Shown: positions 9,261-22,802, numbered from the whole stretch's first letter. The stretch is DNA of 63,967 bases, filler included, from Octopus bimaculoides (GCF_001194135.2; 6 parts of 6 records of this genome joined end to end with filler, not necessarily neighbours in it), one strand, 5' to 3'. Made by a program: numbers and translations. Notes: generated from the sequence alone by a model not told the origin.

Positions 9261-9855
9261 TCTATATAATTATAATTAAGGGTATCTAAGAGTTAACTCT
9301 AAAACCACTTCATGTATTCATACATGAAGTGGTTTTTGAGTCAAGTTTTGACTGCTATCTCTAGCATGGTGGTATCTCTTAGATACCCTTAATTATAATT
9401 TTAATAATAATTAATACCTATAAGGTTTTATTTTTCCTATGCTGGCCTCTTGATATGATTGATATTTTAAATAACAATCTTATCCTTATTTATATAAAAA
9501 AATATATATATGTGATTTATATAAATATATATATGTTTTATATATGAATAAGTAGTCAAGAAGGAGTACATTTAGACAGCTATTTAATAAACACCTCACA
9601 TGTTTTGATACAGCATAGATCCACATATATACAGGATTTAAATCAAGCAATGGCTTACCTGTATAATGGGACCCAGTTGTATCTCCTCAGGTGATATATA
9701 ATCGCTTTCCCTGTAAGTAAATCTTTAACTTTGAAGCTATCACATCCAGCTGGCTCTTATGAACCAATCAAGGAAACCGCTGTATGGTTGCTAGACATGG
9801 TCGAAATAGCTGCCAAATCTCCCATGAATCACACCCTACTTGTACTATACATGTA

Positions 9856-10090
9856 CAGGTTTGGCCAAAAGTCACCCGACAGTAAATCAAAATTCCATAA
9901 ATATTTAATATTCAACTTTATTTATTCATTTGTAAAAATGGTGTCGCTCAAGGAGGACTTCAGTTTGAACAATTTTCATGATGTTTCATATTTAGATGCT
10001 TTTATTAAATTCATTCAGTTTTTAAACATAAATAAATCTTGGAATTAAATTGTTTTTGATTTACTGTCAGGTGACTTTTGGCCAACCCTG
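9856..10090. mobile_element. Tc1/mariner-type MITE
   Basis: ~35-bp TIRs caggtttggccaaaagtcacccgacagtaaatc / gatttactgtcaggtgacttttggccaaccctg with flanking TA on both sides. A related half-copy lies at about 63770-63928. Confidence 0.85.
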
Positions 10091-10757
10091 TATATATGAA
10101 CCAACAAGGGAGACCTCGCCATTGTACCCAGATTTGATAGTAATAGCAACCAGCTCTCCCTCAGATCACCTGTCTTATGTTTGTATATATGTATGTATGA
10201 ACCAATGAGGGATACCTCTACATTGTAACTAGATCGGATAGAAATAACAACCAGCTGTCCCTTAGATCACATCTTCCGGTCTTCTGTTTATCTATGTACA
10301 GGCCAATGAGGAAGACCTCTGTGTAATAGCCCTTTCTCATTCAGCTCAGCTGCATCCCACTTAACCCATTTACCTCCCATAATTTACCTCCCATAATTTT
10401 ACCTCCCATAATTTTCTATTAACTGGAATTTTTTGTTTTATGAATCTTTGATTTCTAGCATAAAACAGCCTTAGAAACACGCTGGAATGATCAAAATAAA
10501 ATTTTAAATAGAAATAAGCGAGATATTGGGTGAAAAATTAGCAAACCTCATTTGAATATCAGAGAAATATACCTAGTAGATATAGCAAAAAGGTTAGATA
10601 TGTGTAAATATTGACAGATAATTACGAAATTTATAATTTTTAAGTGATCTCATATGCGATCATTGGTAGGTAATGGGTTAATACACTCAAAATTATTTTA
10701 AATAAAAGTAATGTTTTATAGATTTTATCTTATTATATTTTATGGGTTCTTTTGCAG

Positions 10758-10791
10758 ATCGGAAGATGTGGACTCGTCCTCAGTTGTATGA
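10758..10791 (+). CDS. Terminal coding exon: (R)SEDVDSSSVV-stop, followed by putative 3' UTR
   Basis: ttcttttgcag| acceptor; the phase-2 join gives AGA, then TGA at 10789-10791. Several AATAAA hexamers follow at about 11010-11080. Confidence 0.75.
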
Positions 10792-11184
10792 CAAGGAAGA
10801 AACCCCAGTTTTCAGGATGTTGACCACAGGGCTTGAACACTGGTCTGGTCTTTTCTACTCCAGTCTAGTCAACTCTAGTCTGGTCTGGACCTCTCTGTTC
10901 TATATTGCTCCTCCTGGCTAGTCCCTATGACCAAGATGTGGTTGAGTTCATTATTTCTGTGTCCACATTCTCTGTCATGTCTGATGTATCGAATTGCAGA
11001 AAAAAAAATAATAATAAAGGAATAAAAATAAAGTAACAGAAAAAAGAAAAAGACTCATAATAAAACAGTAAATGAATAAAAACAACTAAACAAAATATCA
11101 AATGATGTGATTCCTCTCTCTTGACCAAACTTTGTCCTGATTTTAACCAACCTCCATTTCCACTTTCTGATTTGATCCATGTCT

Positions 11185-11224
<40 letters not shown>

Positions 11225-11732
11225 GCAGGTGACCCAGCCTTGCTAACACCAATACAAAACACAAACAAAAACAAGAAAGAACTGCCAAAGATATGATTCT
11301 GACCATTTCTTAAAAATTTTATTTCCTTTTTATTTAAAAAAAAAAACTTTTGTTCTTTGTTCTTTGTATATACATAGATGTGCAAGGTTGCATTCCAGAA
11401 ATTTTGAAACTTTTACAGGAGAGACATTTATTAATTTCAAAGAAGTACAAATTTCTAAATTCCTTCAAAATAGGATCCNNNNNNNNNNNNNNNNNNNNNN
11501 NNNNNNNNNNNNNNNNNNNNNNNNNNNNNNNNNNNNNNNNNNNNNNNNNNNNNNNNNNNNNNNNNNNNNNNNNNNNNNNNNNNNNNNNNNNNNNNNNNNN
11601 NNNNNNNNNNNNNNNNNNNNNNNNNNNNNNNNNNNNNNNNNNNNNNNNNNNNNNNNNNNNNNNNNNNNNNNNNNNNNNNNNNNNNNNNNNNNNNNNNNNN
11701 NNNNNNNNNNNNNNNNNNNTATATATATATAT

Positions 11733-12117
11733 ATATATTATTTAAGAGTTCCAACTCTGTCTGTTTTTTATGTTTTATTTATATTCTTATAAAATTAATG
11801 TGGGATATAGAATATGGAATATATAATATAAATAGTAAAATGAAATGAAGTATTGAATGTCTTATTGAATATATGAAATACTGAGTATTAAATATATAAG
11901 GACTAGTACACTTTCCTGCTTTATAGCACTCATCAAGATCCCGTCTGACAGATGTATTTAATACTCACTATTTCATTTATTCAATAAGACATTCAATACT
12001 TCATTTCATTTTACTATTTATATTATATATTCCATATTCTATATCCCACATTCATTTTTATAAGAATAGAAATGAAACATGAAGAACAGACAGTTGGAAC
12101 TCTTTTAAATAATATAT
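11733..12117. repeat. Foldback element: ~160-bp inverted arms with a 60-bp spacer
   Basis: 11733-11894 is the near-perfect reverse complement of 11955-12117. Confidence 0.85.
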
Positions 12118-12434
12118 TCCTCTATACAAGATCATACAAACCCCTTTTTTATTTTATATATATATGCATATATATATATAACATATATATCTTCATTTCT
12201 CTGTGTGTGAACGTTTAAATTTTTTTCCTCTTCTACCCACAAGACCCCTTAAGATACTTTGTATGGTGAACCCTTATTTGATCGCTGTCCATGTTGCTAT
12301 CGTCATTTTACCAACGTCGTTGTTGTTATAGTTGTTACTGTTAACATCGACACTGTAATCATTACCATCATCAGGGTCATGATGTTGACTCAGTTTGTGT
12401 GTGTGCGTGTGCGTGCGCACTTCAAATGCTTCAC

Positions 12435-12792
12435 TCTCTATCTCTCTCTCTCACAGTCTATCTCTCTCTCTCTCTCACGGTCTATCTCTCTCACGGTCTA
12501 TCTCTCTCACGGTCTATCTCTCTCTCTCTCTCACAGTCTATCTCTCTCTCTCTCTCAGTCTATCTCTCTCTCTCAGTCTATCTCTCTCTCTCTCTCTCAG
12601 TCTATCTCTCTCTCTCTCTCAGTCTATCTCTCTCTCTCTCTCAGTCTATCTCTCTCTCTCTCTCTCTCTCTCACAGTCTATCTCTCTCTCTCTCTCTCAC
12701 AGTCTATCTCTCTCTCTCTCTCTCTCACAGTCTATCTCTCTCTCTCACAGTCTATCTCTCTCTCTCTCTCTCTCACAGTCTATCTCTCTCTC
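12435..12792. repeat. Compound minisatellite (TC)n-ACAGTCTA
   Basis: Repeated tcacagtcta(tc)n units of variable length; source of the spurious SLSLS ORFs. Confidence 0.9.
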
Positions 12793-12898
12793 TATCGATG
12801 TATTCATGTGTGTATGTGTGTGCTTCAACTGTTTGATTCTCTCTCACTGTATGCATGTATCTGTCTGTATATCTATCATATCTATATATCTTGATAGA

Positions 12899-12937
<39 letters not shown>

Positions 12938-13076
12938 ATATATAGTTTTAGGGAAAATAACCAAGTTTCAAGAACTCATCGATGAAAATCCACTATCACA
13001 TATAGAAAAATTAATAATTAAAAGCACAATACATGAGTATAATTGAGTTTTTACCTGTAATTTTGGATTTTGTCCC

Positions 13077-13114
<38 letters not shown>

Positions 13115-13192
13115 GCACACACAGGTATGTGCTTCAGATGTTTGACTCATTGTAAGTATGCATGTATGTCTATATGTGTATATATCTATATA

Positions 13193-13226
<34 letters not shown>

Positions 13227-13341
13227 CACAATGTATATATAATGTATATATATAATACAGTTATGTATGTACATAGATATGTTGGACCACTGAATTCAAC
13301 ACTTTTATTTTTTCCTTCTCTCTATTTATTTCCTCTTAATC

Positions 13342-13377
13342 CTTTCTGTTGAAGAGCGTACGCTCGAAATATAAAAG
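13342..13377 (+). ncRNA. Second family of minimal hammerhead-like motifs (other copies at 16313-16347 and 28432-28467)
   Basis: CUUU-CUGUUGA-A-GAGC-GUAC-GCUC-GAAAU-AUA-AAAG. The 28432 copy has CUGUGGA...GAAAC-GUU-AAAG and the 16313 copy has CCGAUGA. All cores are non-canonical. Confidence 0.45.
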
Positions 13378-13480
13378 ACTTTTCCATTTTCCCTGAGCGT
13401 CAAACTAATACACCTGCTTGTTGTTCCTTTACCTGTCTATGTCTTTGTTTTTCTATAAATACAAACCAGATATATATATA

Positions 13481-13532
<52 letters not shown>

Positions 13533-13895
13533 TAGATATATATATAGATCTAACATCATATGTGTGTGCATGTATATGTATGCATTTATGCATTTATATT
13601 TTTCGTTTTTATTCTCTTTTGTTCATTATAATTTTACATATTAATTTAATTACACAGATATATATCAGTGTTGAATTTCTTGTACTTAAGCCAAGAGCAT
13701 GCAGATTTTTACAAAATCCAAAACATAATTATTATAAAGGTACATATAGCATGTTTTGTTTTCTCCAGGCGTATCATTAAAATGGACGAAAAGAAATGCC
13801 ATTCATATTGAAATCTGATTTTGTTTTTTGTTTTTTGTTTTTCATTTTACATATCTGAGGCATGCATTGTATACCTTGTATTCACTTGTATACTC

Positions 13896-14298
13896 GTTGT
13901 TGTTGTTGTTGTTGTTGTTGGCACTCTGTCACTTACGATGACGAGGGTTCCAGTTGATCCGATCAACGGAACAGCCTGCTCGTGGAATTAACGTGCAAGA
14001 GGCTGAGCACTCCACAGACATGTGTACCCTTAACGTAGTTCTCGGGAATATTCAGCGTGACACAGTGTGACAAGGCTGACCCCTTTGAATTACAGGCACA
14101 ACAGAAACAGGAAGTAAGAGTGAGAGAAAGTTGTGGTGGAAGAGTACAGCAGGGTTCGCCACCATCCCCTGCCGGAGCCTCGTGGAGCTTTAGGTGTTTT
14201 CACTCAATAAACACTCACAATGCCCGGTGTGGGAATCGAAACCACAGTCCTATGACCGCGAGTCCGCTGCCCTAACCACTGGGCCATTGCACCTCCAC
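13896..14298 (-). mobile_element. tRNA(Arg)-like SINE, family B-short, full length
   Basis: Head ggtgcaatggcccagtggttagggcagcggactcgcggtc (TCG anticodon-like loop), B box ggtttcgattccc, (CAA)n tail. Confidence 0.9.
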
Positions 14299-14356
14299 CC
14301 TTATATATTCACATACACACACGCACACATATATATATATATATATATACTGATAC

Positions 14357-14790
14357 ACACAGAGGGTATTCATGTTAAATTTGACAGTTTGCATAAAAAC
14401 AAAGCAAAACAATATCCTATCCAAAAATAAAGTATTAAAAAAAAAAATATCGACTTGGTTATGGCTGGGAGATAAACGTTTACTCAAAGTAGCCATCTTC
14501 AGCTTCCAGCACAGCTTCAAGATGACTCCAAATCCTGGTGCATACATTTCTTGGTGTCCCTTGGCAGATCTTCAAACACTTTCTTGAATTTGGCCACCAG
14601 CATGGCCGTGATGTTGCAGTTGGTGATTGGTGTCTTTTTCAGCCATACCCTACACATAGCAATCCATGGGATTGCAATTGAGAGAATTAGGAGGCTGGTG
14701 AAGTCCTAGGTATTCTCTGGTAACCACTTTTGATTCTTTCCAGATGGATAAGAAGGGGCACACACATGGTCAAATCTTTGAGGCCAAAAT
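14357..14790 (-). pseudogene. Tc1/mariner-superfamily (maT/DD37D-like) transposase C-terminal relic with right TIR
   Basis: The - strand gives broken ...QKWL.EN...PPNS.NCNPMD...EAVLEAEDGYFE-stop, resembling WPPNSPDCNPMDY. Same family as 47520-47715. Confidence 0.7.
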
Positions 14791-15263
14791 TTATCAAAAA
14801 GTTTAGACCCACTTATACATCAAGATGACTTTGGAGGAACAGAAATTCCATATGAAAGGAAGCAGGATTTGGAAAAATTATGATGATGTTTGAATGTTTA
14901 CACTATATCCTCATCATTTAACGTCTGCTTTCCATGCTAGCATGTGTTGGACTATATTTACACTATATGCTACATCAATTTGTATGACAGAAAATATGGT
15001 AAGACATGACGCCCCCCCAAAAATGTCTCGAAAGCATCACCCAGTTTGTCTTATGAGTGACATTGTGCCGATATTGCATGCTTCAATGCATTCAAAACTT
15101 TCTTATTCCTGAATATACTGTTGAAATTGGGGTCTATCTTTGTCTTTTTATGCAATTAAATATGGTAATTGTATATGTAGACCAAAAATTTCCACTAATT
15201 CTCAATATTGAATTCCAATCTTGCAGTAGGTTGGGCTTGTTAAAACTTACCCTAAACATCAGT

Positions 15264-15654
15264 TGTTGTTTGTTGGCACTCCGTCGCTTACGATGACGAG
15301 GGTTCCAGTTGATCCGATCAACGGAACAGCTCTGCTCGTGAAATTAACGTGCAAGTGGCTGAGCACTCCACAGACACGTCTACCCTTAACGTAGTTCTCG
15401 GGGATATTCAGCGTGACACAGTGTGACAAGGCTGACCCTTTGAATTACAGGCACAACAGAAACAGGAAGTAAGAGTGAGAGAAAGTTGTGGTGGAAGAGT
15501 ACAGCAGGGTTCGCCACCAGCCCCTGCCGGAGCCTCATGGAGCTTTTAGGTGTTTTCGCTCAATAAACACTCACAACGCCCGGTTTGGGAATCGAAACCG
15601 CGATCCTATGACCGTGAGTCCGCTGCCCTAACCACTGGGCCATTGCGCCTCCAC
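15264..15654 (-). mobile_element. Family B-short SINE with 10-bp TSD
   Basis: Near-identical to 13896-14298; AAACATCAGT at 15254-15263 and 15655-15664. Confidence 0.92.
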
Positions 15655-16912
15655 AAACATCAGTAACATTAGCAATAAAAACAAAGGGAACAATGAATAA
15701 AATTCCGTATTTTTTAATCATTTTTATTGCATATCCATGAAATAGTTAATTTTATTTATCTTTCACCATGAATGAAAACCTTAGTCAAAATTTTTCAGCT
15801 CACAAATTCACAATACTGCCTTCCCATCTTGCAATGGGTTGGGCTTGTCAAAACTTACCTCAGGTTAATCAATAACAACAATAACATTAACAATAACAAT
15901 TCCATTTTTTTTTGTTGTTGTTTTAGTAATTTTTATTGCATATACGTGAAACAGTTCGTTTCCTGGATCCTTAGGCAAGTATCATAACCTGTCCCAAGTC
16001 AAGATTTTTCAGTAAGCGTGTTTCCATTGTTTTTCAACATTCATACTTTGGAATTTATTAGCTTTCAAACTCTGTTCAACTTAGATAAGCCTTATTCTTA
16101 TACTGCACACCTTAAATTAAATTCAGTTCAACACAGGTAAATGCATTCATAAATTGCTCCAGTATAGCCTTAGCTGAGTTGGCTGTAAATTAAAATTAAA
16201 GATCTCCTGCTGTGAACAGTTGACAATTCTACCTCTTAGTGGCATTGTTATAACTGCACGTGGACTGTTGGTGATTTTTCTTTATTTTTCCTTCTTTCCC
16301 TTTGGACTTTCCTGTTTCCGATGAAGAGCTATGCTCGAAACATTAACAACAACTTTAACCCTTCACCGAGCGTCCAATTAATATATTTCTTGTGCATGTA
16401 CTCATGTTCGTTTTTTTTTTCTGTTTTTCTCTGTTTTTAATTGCTTGTTTATTTGAATTAACTATACAGGGGATACAGATAATACAGGCACCCCCCACAC
16501 ACGCACACGCACTTACTAAACATAGACACACATAGGGGGATACGCATGCGCAAATAAAAACACCTACAATAGGAATCCAAAATACAAAATGGCTGATCGT
16601 TAGTAAGGACAGACACACAAATAGGAAAGAAGAAAGCAAAGGACCACTGATGAGGTCACAGAGGTGTGACGAAACAACTCTGGCTGAAATACGATTAATG
16701 TAATGTAAAATAAAGCTGAAGCAAATTAACACCAAATATACAGTGCGTGTGTTTTTATTGGCTAAACTGGCAACATGACCATCCCCAAATACAGCAATAT
16801 CTGTTTCAACACTCGATTTCACATCAAGAATCTTGCAAAACGAATATATAAACATATATATATATTCATTATCTTAGTATCAGTGTCAGAAACTGGAAGT
16901 GATCTCCTATAG

Positions 16913-17112
16913 CAGATAATTTTGGGTCAGAAATGAAGCATTCAGCTGCTGAAAAGAAAAAGGGGCCAGTTGGAGTGGGGAGGGCTGACAAAGTATATGC
17001 AAATGGTGGTGATGGTAGTGGTGGTGGTAATGATGGTGGTGGCGGCGGCAGTGGCAGTATTTGTAGTGGTGACGGTGGTGGTGGCGGTGTGGGACACACT
17101 CATGATCACTAA
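16913..17112 (+). other. Candidate coding exon (ADNFGSEMKHSAAEKKKGPVGVGRADKVYANGG...HDH-stop)
   Basis: Tandem acceptor ctcctatag|cag| followed by an open frame with non-repetitive protein-like start. It could not be linked to a gene. Confidence 0.25.
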
Positions 17113-17338
17113 GTCATAGTCGAGTGCTTTCATACCATGCAGTGGGGGGTGGGGTGACAATGGTGGTGGCTGGCTTAGGGGTTGCAAAAGCAAACAAAAA
17201 AAAGAAAAAAAAAGTGGGCGGAGACTTAATAATTTATATGCAAATTTACAAACTAAAAGTAAATGAGGGAGAAGGGAGAGGAGTCGGTAGAAGGATGGTT
17301 TTCAGTGACAAGTGCAGGGGAAGGGAAATTTGTAAACC

Positions 17339-17438
17339 NNNNNNNNNNNNNNNNNNNNNNNNNNNNNNNNNNNNNNNNNNNNTTAATTAATTAANNNNNN
17401 NNNNNNNNNNNNNNNNNNNNNNNNNNNNNNNNNNNNNN
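17339..17438. other. Artificial scaffold linker (44 N + TTAATTAATTAA + 44 N); identical linkers at 37907-38006, 56055-56154, 57988-58087 and 62848-62947
   Basis: Five exactly identical 100-nt blocks; TTAATTAATTAA places stops in all six frames. Confidence 0.97.
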
Positions 17439-17497
17439 GGTGGTGGTGGTAATAGTAGTAGTAGTAGTGGTTGTGGTGGTGGTGGTGGTGCTGGTGT

Positions 17498-17540
<43 letters not shown>

Positions 17541-17901
17541 TGTTGTTTTTGTTGTTTTTGGTGCTGCGGTTGTCACTGCTTCTGCTTCTCGTAATCGCAA
17601 TGTTGGTGGTGATTGTGGTTGGTGGTGATTGTGGTTGGTGTTGGTGGCATGAGGCGGAAGGAGGCGATGGTGATCCTGAATGGCATGGAGTAAGTGATGC
17701 TGATGGCTGTGATGGCGATGGCGGTACTCGTTATTTAACCCAAGGACTAATGTGACATGACCGAGCAGATTTATGATCAAAGATAGTTTAATATCTGGTT
17801 GTGACAGGCGATTGACCATTACCATGGTTATCTGGATAGGGACGGAGGTGGTGATGGTGATAAAATTGGTTGTGCTAATGGTGGTAATATTAGCATGGTT
17901 A

Positions 17902-18335
17902 AGGTGGTGAGCTGGCAGAATCGTTACCGCGACGGACAAAATGCCTAGCGGCATTTATTTAGACTATACCTCCTGAGTTCAAATCCCGCCAGGGACGATT
18001 TTGCCTTTCGTCCTTTCCGGGTCGATAAAATTATTACCAGCTGAGCATTAGGGTCCATGTAATCGATTTACTCCCTTCCCAGGAATTGTTGACCTTTTGC
18101 CAAAATCACAATTAGTATTGCTATTATTAAGATGGTGAGCTGACAGTATTGTTAGCACGCCGGGCAAATTGCTTATTTACGTTCCGTCTTTACGTTCCAG
18201 GTTCAAATGCCTCCGGGATCGACTTTGTCTTTCATCCTTTAGTGGTCGATAAAATAAGTACTGTTTGAGCACTAGGGTCTATGTAACTGATTTACTTCTT
18301 CTCCCGGTATTGCTGGCCTTGTGCTATAATTTGAA
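17902..18335 (+). mobile_element. Two tandem copies of tRNA-derived SINE family F (other copies at about 20690-20830, 29205-29400, 51695-51912, 60130-60260)
   Basis: aaggtggtgagctggcagaatcgtta...gagttcaaat...ttgcctttcatccttt.gggtcgataaa...; recurs across the window. Confidence 0.8.
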
Positions 18336-19296
18336 ACTAATTTTAATATTGTTGTTCTTGTTAGGTTGCAGGTCAGCTTTGTTCGAGCAGGAAAATGTCT
18401 CAAGGTGTTCCTGTCTTGGCTATCTTCTTTTTAAAGTGTATCTAGGACAACATTATTGAATGTGCCTCTTGATTTTTATTTAATAAGACGATCGAATGTG
18501 ATAAACTGATCTGTCTTATGTCTCTAACATGTCAGGCCACCAAGTTCAGGGTCTCTCGTTTGTCGCATTAATAATGATAACGTTAGTGGTGGTGGTGGGG
18601 GTGGGGGTATCGGTGGTGGTNNNNNNNNNNNNNNNNNNNNNNNNNNNNNNNNNNNNNNNNNNNNNNNNNNNNNNNNNNNNNNNNNNNNNNNNNNNNNNNN
18701 NNNNNNNNNNNNNNNNNNNNNNNNNNNNNNNNNNNNNNNNNNNNNNNNNNNNNNNNNNNNNNNNNNNNNNNNNNNNNNNNNNNNNNNNNNNNNNNNNNNN
18801 NNNNNNNNNNNNNNNNNNNNNNNNNNNNNNNNNNNNNNNNNNNNNNNNNNNNNNNNNNNNNNNNNNNNNNNNNNNNNNNNNNNNNNNNNNNNNNNNNNNG
18901 GTGGCGGCGGCGGCGGTGACGGCGGCGGCGATGACGGCGGCGGCGGTGGCGGTGACAGTGGCGGCAGCGGCGGTGACTGATGGTGATGGTATTGACAGTA
19001 GTATTAATGGTGGCCTTAGCAGAGATATGATAGTGGCACTTCTGGCGTCAGTTACAATGATAATGTGGTTGTTATTGCTAATGCTGATACTGTTGTACGC
19101 TGATGACAGTGGTGGTAATTCTGGGTGCGATGGGAGACATCATTCTCATATTATTTATCTTCCCCCGCAACCCACTCTTTCCAGTATGAGCGTCTCTTTC
19201 TTCATTGATTTACCTCATTTGTTGTGAGTGCGTTTATTTACCTCCCTTTTTCGATCAATGCAACTTTAAGTTTGTATATACATATATATACATATC

Positions 19297-19398
<102 letters not shown>

Positions 19399-20864
19399 AA
19401 TAGAGAGCGAAAGAGAAGGAGCGAGAGAGATGGTGTATTCATACACACATACATATGTATATAAGTCGGAATATTTATATCTATGTGGTTATGTGTACAC
19501 GTGTATGTGTGTGTACATACATACATACATACATACATACATACATGCATACACACACACACACTCATACATACATACATACATACATACATACATACAT
19601 ACATACATGCATATATACATGAAAGCCTATTTCTCTATATTTCAGATTATATATTTATCATTTATGTCTGTTTGTATTAATCTAGTTACGCATCTTGAAA
19701 GCTTTATGTATCGCAAGCTTGCAAGCTAACATCAGCTAAATGTATATTTATCCTAATTTTCTCTTTTTACACCATTATAGTGACGATGTGTGTACCTTTA
19801 TATCAACTCTCTCCTTCTTCACTTTCGCTTTTCTCTCTGTTTTTCAGTATGAATCTTGCCTCTCTCGCATTCATTTCTTTTTCTTTCTCTGCTTCTCTTT
19901 TTCCCTTCCTCCTCTGTGTTATATACACCCTATCACACAATTCCATACACACCAATTGTTTTTCTTTAGAAGTATCTCCTATGCAACAATTTCACTGGAG
20001 CAGACGATAATTACGTCATCAGTAAACGCCATATTTATTGAACTAAACAATACTTTTCTCTATTTCAAGTGATCAACGCTGCTTGCTGTTATAATGTGTT
20101 TGTGTATTTCAATGCAACTACTTCAAAACAACGCACAATATGAGACCGGCTCAGTTAATTAGAACGTAGGAAACGAATAACAAGAGCTTTGATACAATGA
20201 AACACACTCTTAATAGTAAATATTCATAAATGTCTTTCAGAATAAACCTAATAAATGCGAGTATTCCTTTTGATTGTTATTGAACAGGAGAAAACAAGGT
20301 GTACATACTTTAGTCAGTTAACTCTTAAATTTCTCATCATAAAATTAACTCATCTTGTTTGTTTATCGTTTCAGATCGAATATTTAAATCATCTTCTCTG
20401 TGGTTTCAGTTTGGTTTTCGTTTCCTTATAAAATGCAATTACACTGTCCGTTACCGTTCAAGAAGAATCGATAAGGTATTGAATAGAATACCCAATCGTA
20501 TTTACTTCAACTCTTTATGCTCTGAGTTCGAATTCTGCAGAAGTCAACCTTGCCTTTCTCCTCTCTTCAGGTGATAAAATAAAGCACCGGTCAAATAATG
20601 GCATCGTCGTAGTCGACTAAACACCGCCCCTCACTTTCCCTCATAACTGGTGGTCTATCGCGTCAATTAGAAGCTATTACTATTCCGACACTTTATGTTC
20701 TGAGTTCAAATTTCGCCGAGGTCAGCCTTGCCTTTCATCCTTTCAGGGTCGAGAAACCAAATACCAGTTGAACCTCTGGGGTCACCTCACCGACTCTCCC
20801 ACTGCTCAAAAAAATTTCAGGCCTTTAAAAAGAATTATTATTATTATTACTATTATTATTATTA

Positions 20865-20904
<40 letters not shown>

Positions 20905-21389
20905 CATTATTATTAGTTTTTGGTGGTGGTAAGGCGGCACAATCATCAGAGTGTCAGAAAATGCCTTTTGATATTTGTTCTGTCTCTTTACGCTCTGAGT
21001 TCAAATAGGAATACTATATATGCGCACGCGCGCGCGCGTGTGTGTGTAGTATATCTTTTAAATTTGAATATACAAATAAAGCTCATACTCTATTACATCC
21101 ATTAATGTTATATCGCCTGAAGAAATGATACCATGAAGATGATCAACCCAATGCCTACGAATACTACCGACTACACTGTAATCATCTCAAGAATACGGAC
21201 TGTGATCTTAAGAGACGTGGGATTTGTGGAAACACGCGTAGCGATGCATTACATGTTTATAAATTCTATCCAAGGGTTATTGTTATTACTACTATATGTG
21301 AGTGTGTATGTATATATATATATCGTAGATATGTATGTGTACGTATATTTGTATGTATATATACACACCTATATTTGTATTTGTATGTA

Positions 21390-21600
21390 TTCTTTTACAT
21401 GTTTCAGTCCTCTGATTACGACTATGCTGGAGGACTGCCTTGAAAAGTTTTAGCCGAGCAAATCGACTCCAGGCTTTATTCTTAAGCCTAGTACTTATTC
21501 TATCGGTTTTTTGCCGAACAGCTAAGTTACGGGGACGTATGCACACCAACACCGGTCATTAATCGGTGATGAGGGAGTGACAAACAGACACAAAGACACA
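21390..21600 (-). mobile_element. Family-A SINE 3' half
   Basis: cttttacatgtttcagtc...cctagtacttattctatcgg...taagttacggggacgt. Confidence 0.8.
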
Positions 21601-21624
21601 CACACGCGCACATATATATATATG

Positions 21625-21707
<83 letters not shown>

Positions 21708-22224
21708 TTAAATATACATACACACAAACATAGGCATGCATACATACATACACACGTATATAATATATATGTATGTATGTATGTATATGTATAATTACAT
21801 GGAAAATGCGAGCAACAGAGATAATATTCTTAAGGTTATAAACTTGGAGAAGTACAGAGCAAGTTATTACACATGGAAAAGTTCAGGTAAAGTACAGAAC
21901 GAGAAAATTTTCACTTAAAATATTGCAGCTATAGATAAAATTTCATATATCAGCTTTTATTAAAACTAAGTACTTTATTACAATTTATTACTTATTACTT
22001 CTATAAAAAATTTTAAATAACTCAAAATATTTTTTGCACTTTAAATAATTCATTTTTTAATTAGTAATTAATAATTTGAAAATAGGTTATGAAAATTAAT
22101 AATAATACAACAGATAGAATAATATAATAATAGGTTATAAAAAGCAATAATAATACGATAGAAGAATACAAAAATGAGTTATATATTACAGTAAAATCTA
22201 CCTGTAACAACAAATTCATAGTAA

Positions 22225-22420
22225 GATTTGCTTGAGTTATTGCCTAAGTTATTTGACGCAGATCCTAATTCGAGAAATGCAGCCGAACAATGGAATCACT
22301 GGCACAGGATCTTCATCAACTTTATTAATACATTACAACAGCATCAACCAGATAAACTGAATACACTTATCAACTATATTGCTCCATCTGTGCACGAATA
22401 TGTATTTACATTTCAACTAC
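22225..22420 (+). pseudogene. Ty3/Gypsy gag N-terminal relic
   Basis: LLPKLFDADPNSRNAAEQWNHWHRIFINF...DKLNTLINYIAPSVHEY resembles the recalled P..FD.DP....A...W.HW...F.NF...KL..LIN gag pattern. Confidence 0.6.
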
Positions 22421-22802
22421 ACATATAGAGAGAACGTTTTTGCATCTCTCCCCACCATACCTGAGTAACACATAAGTAGACTCCCTCGTTATCGCCTCAA
22501 ATACGAGAATGTTACAATCAGTGAGGAATCTCTCCTGCCCAACACACATCTCTCACAAAGACTACATCACGTCGTCTGGCCTTCCTATTCAGAGCAAGAA
22601 ACTACTTCAGCCAACATGTACTGACCCTCTAGAAGGCCTCTGTAAGACCCATTCAGCTGAAATCCTCCCGCATCTGGTACAGAACTGCTGAAACCCATAC
22701 AAACTTAATACACTGCATCTAAAGTATAATCATTCGTATGAACCCGTTCTTAAAAGTAATCTCTGGCCCCATAAACATGCTGGTCCCTATCTCTATCTTT
22801 CT

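Noticed and set aside
9691-9712. 22-nt poison micro-exon (ctcctcag|GTGA...CT|gtaagt)
   Set aside because: Splice-like signals are present, but it would only place a stop ten codons before the normal one, and nothing else supports it.
6150-12792. CRISPR-like repeat-spacer arrays
   Set aside because: The tandem repeats lack unique spacers, the DNA is eukaryotic, and no cas genes are present.
15200-15960. Duplicated GTAAGT donors on the - strand suggesting tandem exons
   Set aside because: There is a local ~150-bp duplication, but no open frame or acceptor upstream of either donor.
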